Counted from the stretch's first letter, positions 47,580 through 57,852 are shown. The stretch: DNA of 64,000 nucleotides from a phage (GCA_012365435.1 GCA_012365435.1_4518.1); one strand, 5' to 3'. Translations and numbers: made by a program. Notes: generated by a model not told the origin, from the sequence alone.

Positions 47580-48542
47580 TTATTTCCAAGTCAGTTCACA
47601 GGTCAGTTGAAGAAGCATATACATAACATGTAATTCAATATTACTTGCTAGTCCATGAAACTTATTATTTTCGCCTGCAATTTCGTAAAGCGAAATAATA
47701 CTTTTACCAGGTGCAACTTGGTCATAACATTCTGAAACTAATTTATCGATGAACCATGAATAATCTGCAGCATATTTTGGAGCTAATGCACGAAGTTGTT
47801 TGATATCTTTGTTCTTCATTGCTTCGATAACATCAGAGACTGTGCCACGGTCATTAGTTACGATAGACAAAATACCTGCATCAAGAACACCTTTAGACGA
47901 GTATTGGTCTAATTGTCCAATTGTACGACGAAAGTCCGGGAAGTTCTTTTTAACCAGAGCTGCAACAACTTTCATATCAGCGATTTCGATATTTTCGTTC
48001 TTACAGATTTCAACCATACGATGAATCATTTTCTTCATCATCGAGATTTTATCTTCTTCGGTTGGACTTCCGAATTCGATAACTCGACAACGACTACGTA
48101 ATGGTTCGATAATTCCATCGATGTTGTTAGCAGTAATAATAATAGAACAGTTACTAGAGAATTCTTCCATAAACGTACGAAGGTGACGTTGTGATTCGGC
48201 GAGGCCACTACGGTCAAATTCATCAATAACAATAACTTTAGGCTTGCCTTCCATTGAGACTGAACGAGCGAATGCAGTTAACGGACCACGCACAAAATCA
48301 ATCTTACAATCAGAACCGTTGACGAACATCATTTCGGCATTGATATCATTACATAATGCTTTTGCTACGGTTGTTTTACCTGTACCAGGAGAAGGAGAGT
48401 GCAAAATAATATGAGGAAGTTTTCCTTTAGATACTAAAGACTTGAATGTTTCATGGTCATACGCAGGCAGAATACATTCGTCAATGGAAGAAGGACGATA
48501 TTTCTGTTCTAGAATGTGCTCTTTGGAATTGATAGTAATCAT
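47580..48542 (-). CDS. 44: Clamp loader large subunit gp44 (AAA+)
   Basis: 320 aa; Walker [11 protein letters not shown], Walker B VIVIDEFD. Confidence 0.85.
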   Translation of the reverse strand: MITINSKEHILEQKYRPSSIDECILPAYDHETFKSLVSKGKLPHIILHSPSPGTGKTTVAKALCNDINAEMMFVNGSDCKIDFVRGPLTAFARSVSMEGKPKVIVIDEFDRSGLAESQRHLRTFMEEFSSNCSIIITANNIDGIIEPLRSRCRVIEFGSPTEEDKISMMKKMIHRMVEICKNENIEIADMKVVAALVKKNFPDFRRTIGQLDQYSSKGVLDAGILSIVTNDRGTVSDVIEAMKNKDIKQLRALAPKYAADYSWFIDKLVSECYDQVAPGKSIISLYEIAGENNKFHGLASNIELHVMYMLLQLTCELTWK

Positions 48543-48617
48543 GTAATTTTCCTCATTATCATTAAACTGGAGGATTTCTCCTCCATAATCGTACTACATT
48601 AAACGTAAAGCTTTGAC

Positions 48618-49304
48618 TTAGAAGTCGTGAGTAGAATCGGCTTCCATTGCAATAACATAACTTACTTGAGAGCTTTCAAACTTGGCTGCAACTTTATCAC
48701 CAGCTCCCCACAACAGTACTTTATAGTTACCTGGCTGGATTTTCATATTAGCCATATTGATTACGAAGTTAAAGTTGTTAGAACCATCATAATCGGTAAG
48801 AGTCAAAGAATACTTAGGACGAGTCAAGCCAGAATCTTCAACTTTATTGTAACCATTGATAACAATTTTACCATCTTTATTTGTAATAGCAATTGTATCA
48901 ATCTGGAGACCACGTGAAACTCGAAGCAATTGTTGAAGGTCTTCAGCTTTAATTTCAGTAATCACAGAAGCCACCGGGAATTGAATTGGCTTATTAGGAA
49001 AAACAATAGTGCTCTTGTCGGCAGCAGGCCAATAAACTGTGGAACGTGTATCTGCAATTTTAATATTGCCATCAGTGTGCATTGAAATTTCAGCATCGTC
49101 AGACACTAGACTCAAAATGCTTAAGAAGCTATTCAAATCATAAAGTGCTACGTCAAAATCAATTTCATCAGAGATATTTGCTTCCGCATAAGTGGTGCCA
49201 TTAACTGCACGGGTCATAATAAATTTACCTTGACTCAGCAGAATACCGGAGTTAATAGAGGCAAAGTTTTTCAGAATAGCGATAGTATCTTTAGACAGTT
49301 TCAT
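48618..49304 (-). CDS. 45: Sliding clamp gp45
   Basis: From MKLSKDT 228 aa, matches T4 gp45 N-terminus and length; track start lies 5 codons upstream. Confidence 0.8.
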   Translation of the reverse strand: MKLSKDTIAILKNFASINSGILLSQGKFIMTRAVNGTTYAEANISDEIDFDVALYDLNSFLSILSLVSDDAEISMHTDGNIKIADTRSTVYWPAADKSTIVFPNKPIQFPVASVITEIKAEDLQQLLRVSRGLQIDTIAITNKDGKIVINGYNKVEDSGLTRPKYSLTLTDYDGSNNFNFVINMANMKIQPGNYKVLLWGAGDKVAAKFESSQVSYVIAMEADSTHDF

Positions 49305-49345
49305 TTTATTTCCTTTCAAGACAATTCAAAGTTATAACAAATTTA

Positions 49346-49762
49346 TTATGCAGCAACCATCTGCTTTTTAATAGCTTCAGGCAGTGATTCAATATATTCT
49401 GGAATTTTAGAAGCAACAATTTCGCCAGCTGCAATTAATTGTTCGTCGGCATCAACACAGTAGAAATCTTCCAGACGCTCAGAACCGTCTTTATCAAGAA
49501 CGATTTTTCCACCTGCTTCAATAGAATCTTTATAGTGCTTACGCATCAGATGAATCCACATATCAGATACATCGTTATCAATAAAACCATAAATCATAAA
49601 ACGAGTTTCTTGTGGCAAAGATTGAAGCTTTTTAGCACTTGCGTCATCACAATGCAGGACCCATGCTTTACGAACACGATTATGGTTATGTGGGTTAGCG
49701 TCAGTACGGATAGAAGTAACTTTCAGATCAGCAGCGGTAAAACCTTTAGCAGTAGTAAACAT
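49346..49762 (-). CDS. rpbA: RNA polymerase-binding protein RpbA-position protein
   Basis: 138 aa; position upstream of gene 45 as T4 rpbA. Confidence 0.5.
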   Translation of the reverse strand: MFTTAKGFTAADLKVTSIRTDANPHNHNRVRKAWVLHCDDASAKKLQSLPQETRFMIYGFIDNDVSDMWIHLMRKHYKDSIEAGGKIVLDKDGSERLEDFYCVDADEQLIAAGEIVASKIPEYIESLPEAIKKQMVAA

Positions 49763-49774
49763 ATTATTTCTCTC

Positions 49775-49975
49775 TTATTCGTAGAAGTCGGTAACTGTCC
49801 ATGCGGAATTGCGATTAGACATTATTTTATTATACTCATCTTTAAAAGCAGATTTGAGCATTTGTTCAGTAACAATATGTTCTTCACCTGAAAACGTATT
49901 GGTCAAAACATATTTTTTAATTTCAGGGACAACAAGAAGATGTTGTCCGGTTGAATACTCCATGTTGTTCTCCAT
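49775..49975 (-). CDS. Hypothetical protein (66 aa)
   Basis: ORF track. Confidence 0.45.
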   Translation of the reverse strand: MENNMEYSTGQHLLVVPEIKKYVLTNTFSGEEHIVTEQMLKSAFKDEYNKIMSNRNSAWTVTDFYE

Positions 49976-50017
49976 TTAATTTGATGTGGTCATTATAACC
50001 ACATCGTGTTAAAGCGT

Positions 50018-51706
50018 TTATGAAACAGTCATCACAGTAAATCGTCCAACTTTGCTCATTTGAAGATGTTGTCCATAAGCTTGTGGGTCATGGTCTCTGT
50101 GACTAATTATAAACACATTTGCATCGGTTAGAGAGTTAAGAATTGTTGAAATAGCTTTAATACCTTCAGAATCAGTCGCGGAATCCATGACTTCATCCAT
50201 AATTAATGTATTGATTCTAACACCAGAGACCTTTTCAGCAATATCTCGCCATGTAAACAACAATGCGATATCGATACGTGCCTTTTCACCTTGACTAAAT
50301 GAAGCATAACTGAACTCTTCGCGTCCACGTGATTTTATAGATTCATTGAATTCTTCATCAATAGAAAACACGTAATCAGCTTCCATGATTTTAAGATAAT
50401 GGTTAATCTGCTTGTTGAACAGAGGCACATATTTTTTAATGATAGCACCTTTAATACCAGAATCTTTTAACATATCTGTGATAATACCACGATGGTATTT
50501 TTCAAGAACGATATCTGATTTTGTTTTAATGATTTTATCAAGTTCTTTTTGAAGCAAAGCTATCTCATCGGCATGGTCGATAAATTCCGCCGAGGCTTGT
50601 TCTATTGCAGCTTTAACTTTCTTAGCTTTATCAATAGTGGCAATCATTGCTTGTTTCTTGGTACGGATATCGGATGCAAGGTCCTGTTTAGTCTTAACAT
50701 TAGCTCGATATTCGTCCACTAGGACACTCAGATTATCTCTGTGACAGGTAAGTTGCTCGAATGAGTGATTACATTCATGAAGCTTATCGGTAATCTTAGA
50801 GACAATAGGATCACCCTGGTGCAACTGTGATGCACAAGTAGGACATGTGCCACCGTCATGATACATCTTAATAACTTTGTTATATGAGTCGATTTTAGAT
50901 TTAATCAAGAATGCTTCTTGTCCGATCTTGTTGAATGCCTCAGTAGGGTCTTCGTCAAGAACGATATTAAGTAGACGCTCATTAGCTTCTTCAATTTCTG
51001 CTTTTAATGAACGAGCTTCTTTGGCTAGGTCGTCATACATATTCTGTAGACGTGCTACATTATCGCCAGATAATTTCTTTTGACGTTCGATATTCTCGTT
51101 ATAAATCTTAATTTGTTGGATAATACCATCTTTCTTGGCATCGAGAACTTGTCCCTGGGAATTAAGTTCTCGAACTTGAGACTTATTGATTTTATCCATT
51201 TCGGCAAGTGTTCCAACTTCTAATAAGTCTTCAACAAGCTTTCTGCGAGCAGGGGTGCTAAGAGCCATGAAAGGGGTATACCCTGCCGTCCCAAGCACAA
51301 CGATCTGTTTAAAAGACGCGTATGACATTCCGATGCTACGTTCAAATTCTTCTTGGAAGTCACGACTGCTGGCAGATTCATCGAGACGAACACCGTCAAC
51401 GGAGATTTCGAAAATATTGGGCTTTTGGCCGCGTCTAATGAAGTATTTTTTATCATCGAATTCCATCCAAAGCTCAACTAAGAGCTCTTTCTTGTTCGTG
51501 CTATTAATGATTTGTCCTTTCTTAACATCACGAAATGGTTTACCGAAAAGTCCGAAAGTAATGGCTTCTAACATCGTAGATTTACCACCGCCATTTTTAC
51601 CAGTGATTAATGTCTTTTGGACTTTATCTAATTGGATATCAATAGGATTCCCACCTACCGACATGATGTTTTGATAACGAACACGATTTAATTTAAATGA
51701 TTTCAT
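50018..51706 (-). CDS. 46: Recombination nuclease subunit gp46 (SbcC/Rad50-like ATPase)
   Basis: 562 aa; Walker A GKNGGGKST, central coiled coil with CPTC zinc hook, C-terminal signature/D-loop. Confidence 0.85.
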   Translation of the reverse strand: MKSFKLNRVRYQNIMSVGGNPIDIQLDKVQKTLITGKNGGGKSTMLEAITFGLFGKPFRDVKKGQIINSTNKKELLVELWMEFDDKKYFIRRGQKPNIFEISVDGVRLDESASSRDFQEEFERSIGMSYASFKQIVVLGTAGYTPFMALSTPARRKLVEDLLEVGTLAEMDKINKSQVRELNSQGQVLDAKKDGIIQQIKIYNENIERQKKLSGDNVARLQNMYDDLAKEARSLKAEIEEANERLLNIVLDEDPTEAFNKIGQEAFLIKSKIDSYNKVIKMYHDGGTCPTCASQLHQGDPIVSKITDKLHECNHSFEQLTCHRDNLSVLVDEYRANVKTKQDLASDIRTKKQAMIATIDKAKKVKAAIEQASAEFIDHADEIALLQKELDKIIKTKSDIVLEKYHRGIITDMLKDSGIKGAIIKKYVPLFNKQINHYLKIMEADYVFSIDEEFNESIKSRGREEFSYASFSQGEKARIDIALLFTWRDIAEKVSGVRINTLIMDEVMDSATDSEGIKAISTILNSLTDANVFIISHRDHDPQAYGQHLQMSKVGRFTVMTVS

Positions 51707-51951
51707 ATGTATTCTCTTCGAATGAAGTCCTCTACATATTTTAACATGTCATCTCTATCAGCAAAATATTCATCTAGTTCTGCATACATAACAACACCTG
51801 GTGCATACTCACAGGTAACATACATTGTTCCAAAGAAACGAGGAGTTGATTCCTCGTAATTCTCAGTCCATTCAACGATACCAATATAACCGTCACCAAT
51901 ACTAAATTCATGACGATGGATTTCATAGTCAGTCTTCGTCATTATACGCAT
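51703..51951 (-). CDS. Hypothetical protein 46.1-position (82 aa)
   Basis: ORF track; 4-nt overlap with gene 46. Confidence 0.5.
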   Translation of the reverse strand: MRIMTKTDYEIHRHEFSIGDGYIGIVEWTENYEESTPRFFGTMYVTCEYAPGVVMYAELDEYFADRDDMLKYVEDFIRREYI

Positions 51952-52186
51952 CCTCGATACATGCTTCAGCCATTTTAAGAATAGAGCCAGGAGTATCGTT
52001 GTCCATTATATTAAAGCTAAATTCAATAGCCCAGTCGGTACAGACATGAACGGCTTTAACTTCATTGCCTTCAACGCGTAATGGCTCAATCCAATACTTG
52101 ATGGTGTCCTCGAATCCATCATCATCTTTAACGTCTATTTCAACTTCAAGCCCGAGCCCAGCATTGTTAAATTCATCTAAAGTCAT
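51929..52186 (-). CDS. Hypothetical acidic protein 46.2-position (85 aa)
   Basis: ORF track. Confidence 0.5.
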   Translation of the reverse strand: MTLDEFNNAGLGLEVEIDVKDDDGFEDTIKYWIEPLRVEGNEVKAVHVCTDWAIEFSFNIMDNDTPGSILKMAEACIEDAYNDED

Positions 52187-53202
52187 TGTGTTGCCTCAAT
52201 ATAAAGTTCGTTGGAATATTTGACCAGCGCTTCTCTGTCTTCGTCTGAGATATCTGGAATCGCGTCAATATATTCTTTAATGATATCTTGAAGTGATTTA
52301 ATCTCGATTTCCTGGTCATCATCAGATTCAACACTGTTATCAACTTTAGAAACCATACGAAGAGAGTGAACTACTTTTTCAAGTTCAGATTCAAATTTAG
52401 TCAACTCTGAATCAATTTCTGATACTATAACACGTATGGCTAGATTAGTATAATCAGAATAATTGATTTTGCCTTTAAACGGATAAGTGATTCGTCGATG
52501 CCATGTTGTTTCATTAGGAATAAATTCCATACGTTCAACATCAGTGTCAAATACCCAGAATCCGCGAGGGTCGTTCTCATCACCTGCAGTAAGGGTCCAC
52601 GGTGTCCCAATATATTTGACGTTAGCAGCTTCAGAGATTGTGTGGAAGTGGCCGGACCAGACTTGTTTATAGGTCTTTAAGAAATCAGGTTCAAGCCCAT
52701 GGGACTTCATTCCTTTATAGAAATAAAAGCCGTTCAGTTCCCAGTGACCAACACAATACGCGGCAGAAGAAGTCTTGATGTGCTCTAAGATTTCACCTGT
52801 ATTTTCTTCACACATCCATGGAACGATATCAATCAGACATCCGTCAAAATCTACAGTAGTTGGATGTTCGTAAATAGTAAAGTTTTCAAATTGAGTTAAC
52901 AATTCAGAAACAGTGTTAGGTGTTATTGTATTCTTAAACGCCATGTCATGGTTTCCTATCGTGACATGAACGTGAATGCCTGCTTTAGAAATCATATCAA
53001 CGATTTCACGATTGAATTCCATTGTACGATGTGTAATTGCTTTACGGACGTCAAACCAATCACCGTACTGAATCCAAGTTTTAATCCCGTGTTTCTTAGA
53101 GTATTCAATTGCTTGACGAATACCATCACGTTGAATATCTTGGACCCATGGGTCGTCTTGTTTGACTCCGATATGGAAGTCGCCTAAGTGCAAAATTTTC
53201 AT
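52183..53202 (-). CDS. 47: Recombination nuclease subunit gp47 (SbcD/Mre11-like phosphoesterase)
   Basis: 339 aa; calcineurin-like motifs GDFH, GDWFD, GNHD, GHFH. Confidence 0.85.
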   Translation of the reverse strand: MKILHLGDFHIGVKQDDPWVQDIQRDGIRQAIEYSKKHGIKTWIQYGDWFDVRKAITHRTMEFNREIVDMISKAGIHVHVTIGNHDMAFKNTITPNTVSELLTQFENFTIYEHPTTVDFDGCLIDIVPWMCEENTGEILEHIKTSSAAYCVGHWELNGFYFYKGMKSHGLEPDFLKTYKQVWSGHFHTISEAANVKYIGTPWTLTAGDENDPRGFWVFDTDVERMEFIPNETTWHRRITYPFKGKINYSDYTNLAIRVIVSEIDSELTKFESELEKVVHSLRMVSKVDNSVESDDDQEIEIKSLQDIIKEYIDAIPDISDEDREALVKYSNELYIEATQ

Positions 53203-53224
53203 ATTATTTCCTCATTAGTTAATT

Positions 53225-53251
53225 CATTCTATCATCCGTTTATAAAGCAAA
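53225..53251 (-). promoter_or_regulatory. MotA-dependent middle promoter for gene 47
   Basis: - strand TTGCTTTAT (MotA box), 12 nt, TAGAAT; near-identical to gene 39 middle promoter core GGATGATAGAAT. Confidence 0.5.
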
Positions 53252-53273
53252 AAAGGAACTCCGAAGAGTTCCT
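53244..53273 (-). terminator. Rho-independent terminator, C(UUCG)G hairpin plus U-run
   Basis: aggaactc-cgaa-gagttcct, UUCG in - transcript, followed by UUUUUUGCUUUAU. Confidence 0.55.
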
Positions 53274-53445
53274 ATCCACATAGTACGCCGTACAGAGGCT
53301 CATTTGAACTTTTAAATCGAATGGGCTTGTACGTAATAGTTCCTTCGGCTTTAGCTTTATCATAAGACTCTTTAAAACGTCTCATTCTTTCTGCTTTGCC
53401 TTTACGGATTTTATCGAAATTTTCAGAAGTCGGGATGTTCGTCAT
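53272..53445 (-). CDS. Small hypothetical protein (57 aa)
   Basis: Not in ORF track; ATG with GAGGTG RBS; terminator hairpin at its 3' end. Confidence 0.4.
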   Translation of the reverse strand: MTNIPTSENFDKIRKGKAERMRRFKESYDKAKAEGTITYKPIRFKSSNEPLYGVLCG

Positions 53446-53484
53446 GCATAAGCACCTCTCAGAAAATGCCTAAATCGATTTCTC

Positions 53485-53706
53485 TCATCGTTTCCACCAT
53501 TTCTTAACTTGAAATGAATCAACCCACACGAGTTGTTTTGGGTCTGCCTTTACAATAGGCGGACAAATTTCTGTAATAGAACCGTCGTGATATTCCTTTT
53601 CAGAAATTTTAACACAAAGAGGACCTCCCAATTTAAGGGAGAACCCTGCGTTCAGCTTCAGACGTTTAAACTTTGTTTGAACTAGCGCCATTAATGATGT
53701 CCTCAA
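53485..53706 (-). CDS. Hypothetical protein (73 aa, start uncertain)
   Basis: ORF track. Confidence 0.35.
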   Translation of the reverse strand: MRTSLMALVQTKFKRLKLNAGFSLKLGGPLCVKISEKEYHDGSITEICPPIVKADPKQLVWVDSFQVKKWWKR

Positions 53707-53989
53707 TAGCCTGACGAGTAGTAATCCACTGGATTTTAATTAACTTGTCATTATATGGTTGTCGTAGAATATCCCGAGATTTCTTAATAGCATATTCGTA
53801 AGCTTCGAAGTTGTTTTGAATTGCTGCTTCTTGAGCATGTGCATAAAGACGGTTTAGTTCAAAACGATTCTTTTTAAGAATCTTTTCGGATTTTTTACGT
53901 GCTTCAGCTTCATTTTTCTTTTGGATTTCTTGTAGCATTTTAGCTACTGCATCTTCTGCTTCTTTATTTTCAATAATCTCGGTAGTCAT
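53666..53989 (-). CDS. Hypothetical protein (107 aa)
   Basis: ORF track. Confidence 0.45.
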   Translation of the reverse strand: MTTEIIENKEAEDAVAKMLQEIQKKNEAEARKKSEKILKKNRFELNRLYAHAQEAAIQNNFEAYEYAIKKSRDILRQPYNDKLIKIQWITTRQAIEDIINGASSNKV

Positions 53990-53990
53990 A

Positions 53991-54203
53991 TTATCTCATT
54001 AAATTAAAATAAAAACGTCCATCCTCTTCAATACAGAACTCGTACTCAACTGGAGTCCCATTTATTGAAAATGACACGTCATGTGGGTTCAAAGGGTCGA
54101 TGTCAAAATTAATTTTAAATTCACGACCCAACAGTTTTACCAAATAAGGGATTGCTTCGTCAAAAGGTTCTTCTAAGTAGTTAGAGATGTCAATTGTCAT
54201 CCT
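53991..54203 (-). CDS. Hypothetical protein (about 70 aa)
   Basis: ORF track with start moved to internal ATG to avoid overlap with gene 55. Confidence 0.4.
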   Translation of the reverse strand, partial: RMTIDISNYLEEPFDEAIPYLVKLLGREFKINFDIDPLNPHDVSFSINGTPVEYEFCIEEDGRFYFNLMR

Positions 54204-54747
54204 CATATAAAAAATCCAAACTAGGCGAATCGCTAACAACTTCCTTCTTTTCAGCCCCAGGAGCTTTATAAGCGGATTCTTCATAATGCGTCATTTTATC
54301 GTAGATGTCTTGAATAAACGTTTCATCTACCAACGCTACCATATCATCGTCATGACTGTCGTAGACATTATGAACGAAGTAACTATATTTCTTTGCAACT
54401 TCCTTACGTTCTTTTTTGATACGTTGGACAAAAGCATTAAAACAAGCTCGAGTTATGTATGCATGTGGGTTATTGTACTTAGTTTCGTCGAAATTATGAA
54501 GTCCCTTAATAGAGGCTTCAATCCCATCTGCAATCATCTCCTGCTTCCAAGACTGGGTATATCCTGAAAAGTTGAAACGTTTGGACAGGCCTTCGGCGAT
54601 AAGCATAATTGCTAAACCGATGGTATCATTCTGACGAATAATTTTGTTTGGGTCTTTATTATTTAGGAGCTCCTTTTTCCACTCGATTATAGCGGCGAGA
54701 AGCTCTTTATTATTCACATAGTTATTTTTAGGTTTTTGTTCAGTCAT
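54190..54747 (-). CDS. 55: Late sigma factor gp55
   Basis: From [17 protein letters not shown] 185 aa; long identity with T4 gp55 ([43 protein letters not shown]). Confidence 0.85.
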   Translation of the reverse strand: MTEQKPKNNYVNNKELLAAIIEWKKELLNNKDPNKIIRQNDTIGLAIMLIAEGLSKRFNFSGYTQSWKQEMIADGIEASIKGLHNFDETKYNNPHAYITRACFNAFVQRIKKERKEVAKKYSYFVHNVYDSHDDDMVALVDETFIQDIYDKMTHYEESAYKAPGAEKKEVVSDSPSLDFLYEDDN

Positions 54748-54819
54748 AAGTACCTCTTGGCTCAATTCATAGGTCTATTATATCATAATATTTAGAGACC
54801 TATCTTAAAGCACGAGATA

Positions 54820-55089
54820 CTATCGGAGCAAACAATACGCCTGGAATACTTTTTCCATTAAACGTTTGAACTCATGTATATCAATATAAAGCTCGGTTAA
54901 TCCAGCTCCATAAAGAAAATCTAAAAAGTTCTCATGTGTTTCGTTATAGTCGCCTTCGTTTAATTGAGATACATGAGTTTCCCAAAAACCGACACCTTTA
55001 ACAAATGGAAAATACGTAACTTTCATAAAGTTGTCGACGTAAAATTCGCCCAGCTTTTCTTCAGTTATACTGATTCGAGTTAATTTCAT
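54820..55089 (-). CDS. Hypothetical protein (89 aa)
   Basis: ORF track. Confidence 0.45.
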   Translation of the reverse strand: MKLTRISITEEKLGEFYVDNFMKVTYFPFVKGVGFWETHVSQLNEGDYNETHENFLDFLYGAGLTELYIDIHEFKRLMEKVFQAYCLLR

Positions 55090-55313
55090 TCTAGTTCCTT
55101 TGCTGCAAATAAGGCAGCATCCAATGAATCAAATTGGTCAACGAAATCAATATTCAACGCATCGTCAACCGTAGCATATAACCACCATTGTTTGAATTCG
55201 TATTCTAGAATAAATCCAGGACCTTCAATCTGAGGAAGACCTAGGCTATTTGTACCAACTTCGTAACCAGCTAGACGCAGGTCATTAATCAAAGTTTCTG
55301 TTAATACGCTCAT
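55086..55313 (-). CDS. Hypothetical acidic protein (75 aa)
   Basis: ORF track. Confidence 0.45.
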   Translation of the reverse strand: MSVLTETLINDLRLAGYEVGTNSLGLPQIEGPGFILEYEFKQWWLYATVDDALNIDFVDQFDSLDAALFAAKELE

Positions 55314-55642
55314 TTTGCCGCCTTAACAATTTTCAGGTCAACGAATTTTTTCTTACGTTGATTTTTCATACGACGGATAGTCTTTTCAGAGATTTCATGT
55401 TTCTGATAAGCTTTAGATTCAACACCAAATGCAGCAACGTCAAATTCAGAAAGAATATATTGCACTAGAATTTCGCGAATAGAATTACGTCCAATTTTCT
55501 GGTCGTGTTTTTGCATGATTTCATAAAGACGGAATTCCCACGCGTCAAGAACTTGAGGAGTAACAATATTGCCGGATTCCAGAAGAGCAACAACTTTATC
55601 GAAAGCGAAAGAATTAACTACGTTTTTGATTTTAGTAGACAT
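55310..55642 (-). CDS. Hypothetical protein (about 110 aa)
   Basis: Start at ATG with GAGGAA RBS (MSTKIKNVV). Confidence 0.45.
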   Translation of the reverse strand: MSTKIKNVVNSFAFDKVVALLESGNIVTPQVLDAWEFRLYEIMQKHDQKIGRNSIREILVQYILSEFDVAAFGVESKAYQKHEISEKTIRRMKNQRKKKFVDLKIVKAAK

Positions 55643-55707
55643 ATTATTTTCCTCGGTTATTTTATTATCCAACGAGAGAATTATACTCATCTCTCAAGAG
55701 TTGTATA

Positions 55708-55947
55708 TTATTTTTTAAGCATGAAAAGTAAGTAATTTGTATCACGTGGAGTGATATCAACACCCATATCAAAGATGCCTTTATAGATCGGGTATTTGTT
55801 TTCGGTTGTATCGAAGCTGAAACTATTTCCATCACAACTAACAGTAATAGCATCTGTTAAAATGTCATACTCAATCCTAACAATTGAATCCCCAATTTTA
55901 ACGTCGAGGTGTTTTTTGAATTTGATAAAATCTAATTCTTGGGCCAT
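55708..55947 (-). CDS. Hypothetical protein (79 aa)
   Basis: ORF track; early promoter upstream. Confidence 0.45.
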   Translation of the reverse strand: MAQELDFIKFKKHLDVKIGDSIVRIEYDILTDAITVSCDGNSFSFDTTENKYPIYKGIFDMGVDITPRDTNYLLFMLKK

Positions 55948-55978
55948 GATATTTTCCTCATTTTAAGACGATAGGAAG

Positions 55979-56007
55979 ATAATAACATGTCTTCCTATCG
56001 TTGTACA
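55979..56007 (-). promoter_or_regulatory. Early promoter flanked by 11-bp perfect inverted repeat
   Basis: - strand TGTACA, 17 nt, TATTAT; cgataggaaga / tcttcctatcg flank the -10. Confidence 0.5.
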
Positions 56008-56010
56008 TTA

Positions 56011-56223
56011 TTAACCGAACTTTTTAGCGCCTTTCCAGCCTTCGTACATAACTGCACAAGTCAGTAGTACAGCGTGCTGGCATTCTTTGTATTTGTAAAT
56101 CCAGAACCAGCGTAAGAAGTCTTCGTCCTCAACACCATTAAGTTTCATATTGGCAAAGAATTCCGCACGTTCTTCACGAAGCTTTTGCGATAACATAGAT
56201 TCAGGATTCATTTTATATTCCAT
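56011..56223 (-). CDS. Hypothetical protein (70 aa)
   Basis: ORF track. Confidence 0.45.
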   Translation of the reverse strand: MEYKMNPESMLSQKLREERAEFFANMKLNGVEDEDFLRWFWIYKYKECQHAVLLTCAVMYEGWKGAKKFG

Positions 56224-56342
56224 GCCCCATTTTCATCGATGAACTTAATCCAGTCATTTACAGACCATTTAGTTGTATCACCCTTTGGATTAACATTTAA
56301 AGTATATAATCCCTGCTTAAAAAGCATTCGTTTGATATTCAT
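56208..56342 (-). CDS. Small hypothetical protein (about 44 aa)
   Basis: Internal ATG with GAGGAAAAT RBS; track ORF overlaps neighbour. Confidence 0.3.
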   Translation of the reverse strand: MNIKRMLFKQGLYTLNVNPKGDTTKWSVNDWIKFIDENGAWNIK

Positions 56343-56349
56343 ATTTTCC

Positions 56350-56670
56350 TCAACTGTAACGATAACATTCGTTAGCTTTACGTTTGGCTTCAGTATGAGA
56401 AGTATTATAATCATACTCTTCTTTACTGTAAACATCTTTTTTCAACTTACGAACTTCTTTGCGGAGTTGTCGATTCATTTCATTCTTGACTTCAGAATCA
56501 ACGCCTTTCATACGTTTCCATTTATCTGAGCGGAAGATGTTTTCAACCATGTCTTTGTGGCTAACACCATCAGGAGCTTTACGCTTACCAAAATAGTCGT
56601 AATCGCGAACTTTCAAATCTTTACGACGATATGTTTTACCCATAAGTACCTCAGAGGTTGATTGATACAA
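56350..56670 (-). CDS. Hypothetical basic protein (106 aa)
   Basis: ORF track; Lys/Arg-rich. Confidence 0.45.
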   Translation of the reverse strand: MYQSTSEVLMGKTYRRKDLKVRDYDYFGKRKAPDGVSHKDMVENIFRSDKWKRMKGVDSEVKNEMNRQLRKEVRKLKKDVYSKEEYDYNTSHTEAKRKANECYRYS

Positions 56671-56899
56671 TGCGTTTGATAAAATTCACTTCACTTACTG
56701 AAAGGTCTTTAAGTCCGATTGATTCTAAACGCTGAGTAAGCGTCAACATTGGGATATAGTCCCATTGAGTTTTAGACGTTTGATAAGTACGAACGCCATT
56801 AGCAATTTCAACATGCAAATCGGAAATGGTAATGAATACCGGATGCTCGTCATTAACTTTAAGGGTTAGAACAACCTTCTTTGAATCTAAACTAATCAT
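56651..56899 (-). CDS. Hypothetical protein (82 aa)
   Basis: ORF track. Confidence 0.45.
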   Translation of the reverse strand: MISLDSKKVVLTLKVNDEHPVFITISDLHVEIANGVRTYQTSKTQWDYIPMLTLTQRLESIGLKDLSVSEVNFIKRIVSINL

Positions 56900-57078
56900 G
56901 GCTTAATTTCCTTCGCAATTGAACAGAAGATACTACGGTCACAAAGCATTTCACCAATTTCTGGATATTTGATTGAACGGTACCAAACATCCAGGCTTGA
57001 AACTCTGGTTATCTGTACTGCATTACCGTTGACAGAATAGTACTGGTCAACCTTAATTTCTTTATCTTCAATTGTCAT
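56896..57078 (-). CDS. Hypothetical protein (about 60 aa)
   Basis: Internal ATG with GAGGAAAACAA RBS. Confidence 0.4.
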   Translation of the reverse strand: MTIEDKEIKVDQYYSVNGNAVQITRVSSLDVWYRSIKYPEIGEMLCDRSIFCSIAKEIKP

Positions 57079-57243
57079 TTTGTTTTCCTCTATAGCAGAT
57101 GGTTTAATCTTAACATATCTATCGAGGATGTAAACTGTTTTATGAAAATATTTTTGATTTGAGAGGGGCACAAGGAGATAGTGAAGTGAAGATTCCAATG
57201 GATTATATTAGAAATGAGATAAAGAAGACCAGGCGGCACCTGG

Positions 57244-57570
57244 TCAATCTTCTATGATATCAGAGTCGTATCCTAATGAAATCAAGGACTTTTTAAACTC
57301 TGCAATATTCTTTTGTTTCTTATCATTTAAAAATATGACAGGATAACGAATATTAAGTGAAGTGAATCCTGCACGTTTAGCAAGAGATACGATTAAAGGA
57401 CGGTCATATTCAATCTTACCATTATTAGTGAGGACTTTATAAAATGTATAAGGAGCATTGAGCTCCTTTAAAAGTTTTGTAACAGTATAACATCCTGGAC
57501 AACGTCCAACTTCTTCAGGGATGCCATAAATTTCAATCTTGTTCTTTAAGTTCGAGTTTTGTTCCACGAG
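57244..57570 (-). CDS. nrdH: Glutaredoxin-like redoxin (CPGC active site) at nrdH position; start uncertain
   Basis: KIEIYGIPEEVGRCPGCY redoxin N-terminus; no in-frame ATG nearby, possible GTG/ATT start; upstream of nrdG. Confidence 0.5.
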   Translation of the reverse strand, partial: LVEQNSNLKNKIEIYGIPEEVGRCPGCYTVTKLLKELNAPYTFYKVLTNNGKIEYDRPLIVSLAKRAGFTSLNIRYPVIFLNDKKQKNIAEFKKSLISLGYDSDIIED

Positions 57571-57850
57571 AAATAATTCCTTGGTAAGCCCAATAAGGAG
57601 GATTAACCGAATCCTCACCCGAGTTTTCTTCAGGAAAATAAACCTGGATAACGAAGCCGGATTCATCAAATGTAAAATAAACTGTAGGCAGTTCACCTAA
57701 CAATTCGGCACGAGCATTAATTTCTTCGAGATCTCGTTCACGTCCAGCCCAAAAACTAGGATTTAGATTACATTCGTAAAAATAATAGTCATTACCGAAC
57801 GTATCAAACCCCTTCCAACTCTCTACCACGTACCGCTCAAAACTAATCAT
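57533..57850 (-). CDS. Hypothetical protein (105 aa)
   Basis: ORF track. Confidence 0.4.
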   Translation of the reverse strand: MISFERYVVESWKGFDTFGNDYYFYECNLNPSFWAGRERDLEEINARAELLGELPTVYFTFDESGFVIQVYFPEENSGEDSVNPPYWAYQGIISRGTKLELKEQD

Positions 57851-57852
57851 AA

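Noticed and set aside
54771-54810. Possible MotA box or extended -10 promoter just upstream of gene 55
   Set aside because: A TGCTTTA element and a TGATATAAT element are both present but their spacing fits neither the middle nor the early promoter geometry cleanly; left uncalled.
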